DNA of 64,000 bases, taken from positions 33,914,001 through 33,978,000 of the forward strand of contig NC_135763.1 of NCBI RefSeq assembly GCF_052425735.1, in the 5' to 3' direction. The translations under genes were made by a program, and so were the position numbers. The first letter of the stretch is position 1. Each line of letters starts with the position of its first letter. This document shows positions 57,541 through 64,000 of the stretch, piece after piece. The notes below the pieces were generated by a model, which worked only from the letters and a program-made list of their open reading frames with translations, was not told the origin of the DNA and ran no database searches. Origin of the DNA: Oculina patagonica (Eukaryota).

Positions 57541-59871
57541 ATGGCGAGCGCGAAAAACTACGATTACTTGTTCAGGCTTCTGTTGGTCGGAGATAGCGGT
57601 GTGGGGAAGACTTGTATACTGATTCGATTTGTGGAAAATACCTTCAGTTCCTCATATATATCGACCATTGGAATAGATTTCAAAATCAGGACACTTGAAC
57701 TTGGTGAGTACAATTATACAAATCAGTTGTACGCAGATTCAAGCGGTGAAGAAATTTGCGAACATTTAGGTTTTAAGCCATTCTGAGACAGCGATTCCAG
57801 ACAGAATCTTACTCAATCATTCGTTTATTCACAAATAAGCAGTGAAGCTGTAGTTTTGGTTTGAGCGAATTTTTAAGACAAGAATTTTGAGCTTGTCGCC
57901 GGCAAGGACATTGTAGGTGATGTTACGTGAACTAATTGCATACTATAAGCCACTTGTGGGTTCTAACTGTAGAACTCAAATGACAACTAGTGTTAGTACA
58001 TTCATTTCTAAGGAATAACTTGCTTTTAAAGCGCTCGATGAAAATCATTTTGGAATTATAAAGAGACAGGGTCAGTCAGGGTTTTTAGGTATACCATATA
58101 CATAGGCATTTTAAACTGGGTATACTGTATTTTTACCTAAAATTCGGCCTTTTATGGGTATAAAGTATACTGTGTTATTTCACATTTTGGTATTTTGCAT
58201 GATTTTGAGGGGAAATTTTGGGTATACTGGGTACATGCTTTTCAGGTATACTGGTATACCACTTACCCCCCTGGCCGACCCTGAAGAGAACAAAACATTC
58301 GTTTTAATCCATCGAGACTCTTGCATACTTTAAGCGCGTTTCAGCATAATTTTGAAAGTGAAAGTGACTTTGTTGATTTCTCGCAAGGTTAGCGCTTTTC
58401 TCCCTGTTCTTAGAAGTTGCAATTTAGTTTCAGGAAAACGTTAACAGTACATACCACACGTTTTTTACAAGCAGAAGGGATTAGTGCTATGACCTTGGAA
58501 TGGGAAAATAATGTGAAACTATTCACTTCCGGTCACGGGACATTGCAAAAGGTCCGGAAATGCTGGTGACCTTAGTCATACGTTGTACAAGATTTTTGTC
58601 AATTGTTGTTTTCGTTTTTATTTAATTTCTAGATGGAAAAAAGGTCAAGCTACAAATCTGGGACACTGCTGGCCAAGAAAGGTATCAACGGAAATGTGAT
58701 CAAAGTGTTCGCGCGAAAACCGCGAATTCACACTTATTTCATTTGTGTCGTCACGCAACGCTCTTAGAAGCATTGTGTGACGGTTGAAATAACGGCTGCG
58801 TTGGAGATTAAAGAGACTGTTAAAGTAGCGCGAGTCAAACTGCTACGAAAATGACACCTTGTCAAGTCTGCTCAGCCAAGTCTGGTAGCTGGCGGGCTCT
58901 TTCGCATTTTCTCAGCGTCTTGAAATACCGGCGCTCGCCGCGATTATTTTGCCTTCTCAGTAGACAGTCTAACGTGACAGTGTAACGTAAATCCAATTCA
59001 CTGAATCGCAGCCAAAATAAGAAACGTTTGCACACTGACTCAGGGGGGGCCCCCCTTGGTTAAAATCGGGGGGATAAAGCGGAATTCTGACAGTCATTTT
59101 TATTCGAATAAATCTATTTAAAAAAATACCAAAAAATGGAATGCTAGTCCATCCATTCACCGGCGTATAAATGGATGTCCATCTATACCGGTGGAGTAGA
59201 GTATCTTGTCCAAGAAGGAATTTTCACAGTCTCTCTATTTTTAAGCGCTTAAGAACGAGCGCGAAGCACGAGGGTGTGGAGCCGGGGGAGGGAGGTGGGG
59301 GGGGGGGGAGGTGGCGAGCGACCGGTTCTCTTGAGATCCTTTTTCCCGCGTTCAACGATCAAAGAGAAGTACGAGAAAAATAGAGGGCTGTGGACAGTTT
59401 ATGACCAAGAACACCACAGTTTTGGGCCCTCTCAAGATTACTCCGCTAAATTGTTTTATTGCTTTTCCTAGATTCTATACAATAACATCCACCACTTACC
59501 GCAGAGCCATGGGCATCATGGTAGTGTATGACGTCACAGATGAGAAATCCTTCATGAACATCACAAGATGGATCAGCAAAATACGCGAAAACGCTGACAA
59601 AAACGTGAACAAAATCCTGATTGCCAACAAGTGCGACCTCGAAGAAAAACGCAAAATAACGAGAGAAAGAGGCGAAGAACTGGCTGAAAATCTTGGAATT
59701 CCTTACGTAGAAATGAGTGCTCTGGCAAGCTCAAACATCGACGAAGCATTCATTACTTTAGCAAAAGACATTTTGAGCAGGGTGTTACAGTACGGCGAAG
59801 AAAGAAGCGCAGAATTTGGGGGCGACAAACAAGGGCTTGATGCATCAACAAAGTCTTGCATGTCATGTTAG
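57541..59871 (+). CDS. Rab8/10/13-family small GTPase, copy E, 203 aa
   Basis: Exons 57541-57703, 58633-58681, 59472-59871; [35 protein letters not shown]-terminal SCMSC. Confidence 0.93.
58067..58283. mobile_element. CAGGG-terminal MITE with 6-bp TSD
   Basis: Same family as 50179-50394; TSD AAGAGA (58061-58066, 58284-58289). Confidence 0.85.
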
Positions 59872-60738
59872 CTCCAATATATATTATTATATCATCTGTT
59901 TAGAAATTGAAGTTATCCTCCTGAAGTTATGGAGTTCATAATGCTAGCTTTGTGGTATATTCGTGAGATGACTACCATGGACATATTTATTCGATGTAGA
60001 CTGAATAAATCTACTTTTAAATTGCTCAATTTCTTTTTCCAAATCCTCCCTTATCCTATTATTAGCCTTTATTTGTTACGCAACGCTTCTACCTACCGAA
60101 AAATTGCGTGACGCGCCCAAAAAGGACTAGATCGATTCTTTCCAACGAGTTTTAATATAGCTTTACAAGTAATAGATTGGACAGAGTTCCCTTAGCTTCC
60201 TGGTTGAGTCAGAAAAATAAACGAACAACAAAAAAAAACTTTTATAAAAATTATTGGTTGACCAGATTCAGTGATGGAACATTTTTATCCACGTTCGAGC
60301 GGTATATTGTTTAAATCTCTTTCCTTTTTCCCCGTTATAATATTTAGTTTGATTTTATACTAAATCAAGCCATTATTTTGGACGAGCCAGACACAATCGC
60401 CTAAAATAACATGACCAAAGTTCAGTGTGAATTCCACTACAGCTATATATACAGGACCAGCTTACGAGAGCGACGGCTTTTTGGCCGGACGTAATGCTTA
60501 TTCCCCAGTTTGCGCGCTCGGCTTGCACAGCATCTAATATACGCAAAGATTTTCATGTAAATCAGCCTTGAAAAAGTCTCTCGCTCTGGCTCTTCGTGCT
60601 TCATTTTGTTTATTTAGCCGCGCGTGTGCTATGCGCATTTCCGGTTCCGGTTTGCGAACTAGTAACCATTCCCCACTCCCCAAGTACACGACCCTGACCG
60701 TCACGTAACACAGCGCAAATTTGAAACAATCTCTCGAA

Positions 60739-63730
60739 ATGGCGAAGCCGAATTTTGACTTGTTTTTCAAGCTTCTTCTCATAGGCGACAGCGGAGTTGG
60801 GAAGACGTGCATAATATTTCGTTTCGCCGACAACACATTCAATCCGACTTTTATTTCGACTATTGGAATCGATTTCAAGATTAGAACACTGGAACTCGGT
60901 AAGTAGACTGAAGTAGATTATGAGAAAATATACACGAAGCGGCAGGTAGCTTGTTAAAGTTGTTCGAATGTCTCGAAATATTTCGGCGCTTAAGAAGAGA
61001 ATGAAGAAAAATTATTCACGTCTGTTTGAAACCAGACATGGTAGCCGGTACCTGTATTCATATTTAATGTAAATAACTATATTTCATGGAGTGTTTGCCG
61101 GGAAAACCGCGCAAGTTTTTGTACCGAATGTAATGGCATTTATATATTCACAGATGACTTGAAGTTTGCAATTGCGGTGTCACTTTTGAACATTGCTATT
61201 TACGCAACGAAAGAGAATCGAGATGTCGATTTCTGCTTTCCGACTTCTAGGATATATCGAAAACATAGTCAAGCAAAACATTTTATTCTTTTATTAATGT
61301 TTGTTTCAATTTCTGAAGTCGATTTAAATATTTTCGCACATTCATGGATCATTGACTTCCTGTGAACACATTTGCAACTAATGTGAAATTGACATTCGCA
61401 ATTGTTTCGATCACGAAAGATTATTTCGCCCCAAGGCTTCGTCCTGTATTTTGTCTAAGATTTCTATTCAAAGCACATAAGTTTAAATGCTAGAACGATC
61501 TTTGTTTATTGTCTCAGTCGGTTGAAGGAAAACACCCACCGTTTGTTATCAAACGAGTGTAGATTCTCGTTCTCTATTCTGTATATTGTTATTATGTCTT
61601 CAATGGCATGACATCTGTCACTGCCTGCAGTCAAATGGTTTCTTTTTATTTTACAGTTAACATTAAAAATCATTTTCTGCTATAGCGATAACACGCAAGA
61701 ATAGGAATGCACGATTTTCGGCTAATAAGGAAATGTCTCAGCGAAATATTACGAATTGTTCCTCGGTGAAATAAAAATGACGTCAGCGCCTCAGTGAGCA
61801 ATATTGCATAATTGATGGCTTCCCGTCGAAGAATTATCCAAATATTACGCTAAGCTACGCTTATATATTCAAGCTTATTGATCGGCATATTGGACCTTTG
61901 AAGTTTTCTTGTGGTGTATTAATGTTTGTGTCACGAATCTCGCCTCCTGTGGTTTATAAGAATTTATTGGACTCAATCAGTGTCCACAAGAGTACCGTAT
62001 TTATTCGATTAAACGCCTCCCTCGAATAAACGCCGCACATAAGGCCAGAAATATTAATTAACGCCGCCCGCGAATGATGCGGCTTTTATTCCAATAATAG
62101 AGTCAAGAAGCAAATCCAGTAACAATCAAGTTTGATCAAGCCTCAAAAATATTTTCTTGATTGTGACAAAATGAAAATAACTTTTTAGACAAGCACTAAA
62201 ACATTTTTCTGTTTTTAAAATTCAAATGTTCAGTTACCATACTATTGTTAGCAAGAAGTAAATTGAATTTTAAATAAACGCCGCCCTCGTATAAATGCCA
62301 CCCTCGAATAAACGCCGCAGTCGAATCACAAAAAATTCAATAAACGCCGCGGCGTTTAATCGAATAAATACGGTAATCGATATCTAGTTTCTCCTTAGCT
62401 CTTCTTACACTATCAGTACGTTCTCAAAAAGAAAGGTGATGAGAATAAAGAATTAATCAACTAGGAGATATTGTCTTGATCTACCATCAAATTCTCTCAA
62501 GTTACTTAACTCTCCCCTGTCCACCACCGACGGAGTTTTCCATCCCGACAGGAGTGGAGAGAGGTGGGTTCCTGTTTACGCTCCTGGCATTACAAGTTGA
62601 GGTTGTTTTGCTGCAAATAACAAATGCATACTTTGATCTATAAAAAAAGTTTCTGGGATTTTGCTGTTGTCTTGCACACCGACCGTGATTTTGTGAATAC
62701 AGTTGAACCCCTATTAAGCGGCCACCCTCGGGGAAATGGCAACTGGCCGCTTAATAGAGGTTGGCCGCTTAATAGGGGTTTGTCAGAAATTAGCATAAGG
62801 TCTTTTTAAAAGGTAACATTATTTCAATACAAAATAAGGTGAAAAGGAATAACGAAATCACAGGAAGACGACAATAAACCTGTGTTTGAATGATTTTATC
62901 GGCCGTCACGGTCTGAGATTGTTGGAAATTAATTTAAATATCGTATATAACATTCTTATTGGCCGCTAAATAGAGGTAAAAACAATAGGAGAACGCTCAT
63001 CGGGGCGGCAGAAAGGTGGCCGCGGCCGCTTAATAGGGGTGGCCGCTTTAAAGGGGTTATATTTACAGTATTTTACTGACAATATTTTCGGGTCTTTAGT
63101 AACTGGCCGCTTAATAGGGGTTGGCCGCTTAATGGGTGGCCGCTTAATAGGGGTTCGACTGTATTTCGTTGCTTTTCTTCAGCTCTCAGCCGGCCAAGCA
63201 AATAATAAAGCTCGACCTAACTCTTTGCTTCTTAGTGAGAAAATGGGAGAGAAATTGGTGTATTACGAATCATTCTCGCGAGATCCCCGCATTTACTTGT
63301 GTAAACACACCTGTTAAGCAACGTTTTTTTACCGGATATTTGTTAAGCAACGTTTTTTTACCGGATATTTTCACGGATTTGTGCATTTTTTTTATTATGA
63401 AACCGTAGGATAGATTTAATACCGTTGCGAGCTCCACGGTTTAGTTACGTTTAGTAATCCAACTTTGTGTTTGTATGGAAATGCAATGAATGCAGTTTTA
63501 ATAGTTACCAGAAGGACGAAAGATTTTAGAATAGAAATGACTTGTATTTTTATACTGCTCTTTCTGTAATTGTGCTCAATGTAAGTCATTTCTATTATTA
63601 AATCTTTCGTATTTCTTGCAACTTAAATGTATTCCTTCCATCCTTATCGATTTAATTGTTAACGTTTGATTATTGTTTTAGGGGGAAAGAAAATCAAGCT
63701 ACAAATTTGGGATACTGCGGGACAAGAAAG
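60739..63730 (+). CDS. Rab8/10/13-family small GTPase, copy F (3'-partial; exon 3 beyond window)
   Basis: Exons 60739-60898 and 63682-63730; [69 protein letters not shown]. Confidence 0.92.
61995..62373. mobile_element. Tc1/mariner-pogo type MITE (TA TSD)
   Basis: TA|CCGTATTTATTCGATTAAACGCC...GGCGTTTAATCGAATAAATACGG|TA. Confidence 0.85.
62700..63161. mobile_element. Tc1/mariner-pogo type MITE (TA TSD)
   Basis: TA|CAGTTGAACCCCTATTAAGCGGCCA...TGGCCGCTTAATAGGGGTTCGACTG|TA with internal GGCCGCTTAATAG repeats. Confidence 0.85.
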
Positions 63731-64000
63731 GTAAAGTAGACTTTCCGGGAGTACAAGATTTTTATTTCCCTCCGCCCGGCCATGGATGATACTGTTAATC
63801 GACAAGGCTAAAATCCGGTGAATATTCGATGGTTTCCCACAGGTCGTGTGCAATGGCATTTGTCCACCATAATGTGCAGTGTCATTATGCTCCAGTTTTT
63901 TCCCGCCAACATGTCACCCGACAGTTGTTTTCCCGCCATCATCTTCCCTATTCGTCACAGCTTCCAGTTGTTTTCCCGCCATAATGCTAGTATTGCGTCC

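Overview
AT-rich, intron-containing animal genomic DNA. The repeat families and gene style suggest a cnidarian, probably a stony coral (inference). Left to right: (1) 1-12.8 kb is a ~6 kb tandem segmental duplication, probably inside the first intron of MLF. Its two copies received different transposon insertions (L2/CR1-type LINE, hAT MITEs, a 3.5 kb TTAA/Kolobok-type element). (2) Six 3' exons of a myeloid leukemia factor (MLF) gene at 13043-17653. (3) Three diverged paralogs of an unrecognised ~165-180 aa all-helical protein family at 19.8-26.7 kb. (4) A tandem array of Rab8/10/13-type GTPase genes at 27.8-64 kb, all on + with identical 3-exon structure. It holds two complete near-canonical copies, one running off the window, one 5' remnant, one chimeric copy with rewritten switch regions, and one intact-ORF copy that has lost the key residues of G1, G3, G4 and G5 and the prenylation cysteines (candidate pseudo-GTPase). 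(5) Inside the array are a near-perfect 1.07 kb palindrome carrying two type I hammerhead ribozymes with an 11-bp target-site duplication (Penelope/retrozyme-like), a 6 kb AcademH-like transposon with a decayed RecQ helicase, tRNA-like tandem/inverted repeats, and many MITEs with readable TSDs. All exon models were assembled by eye from GT-AG sites and reading frame; no database search was run.
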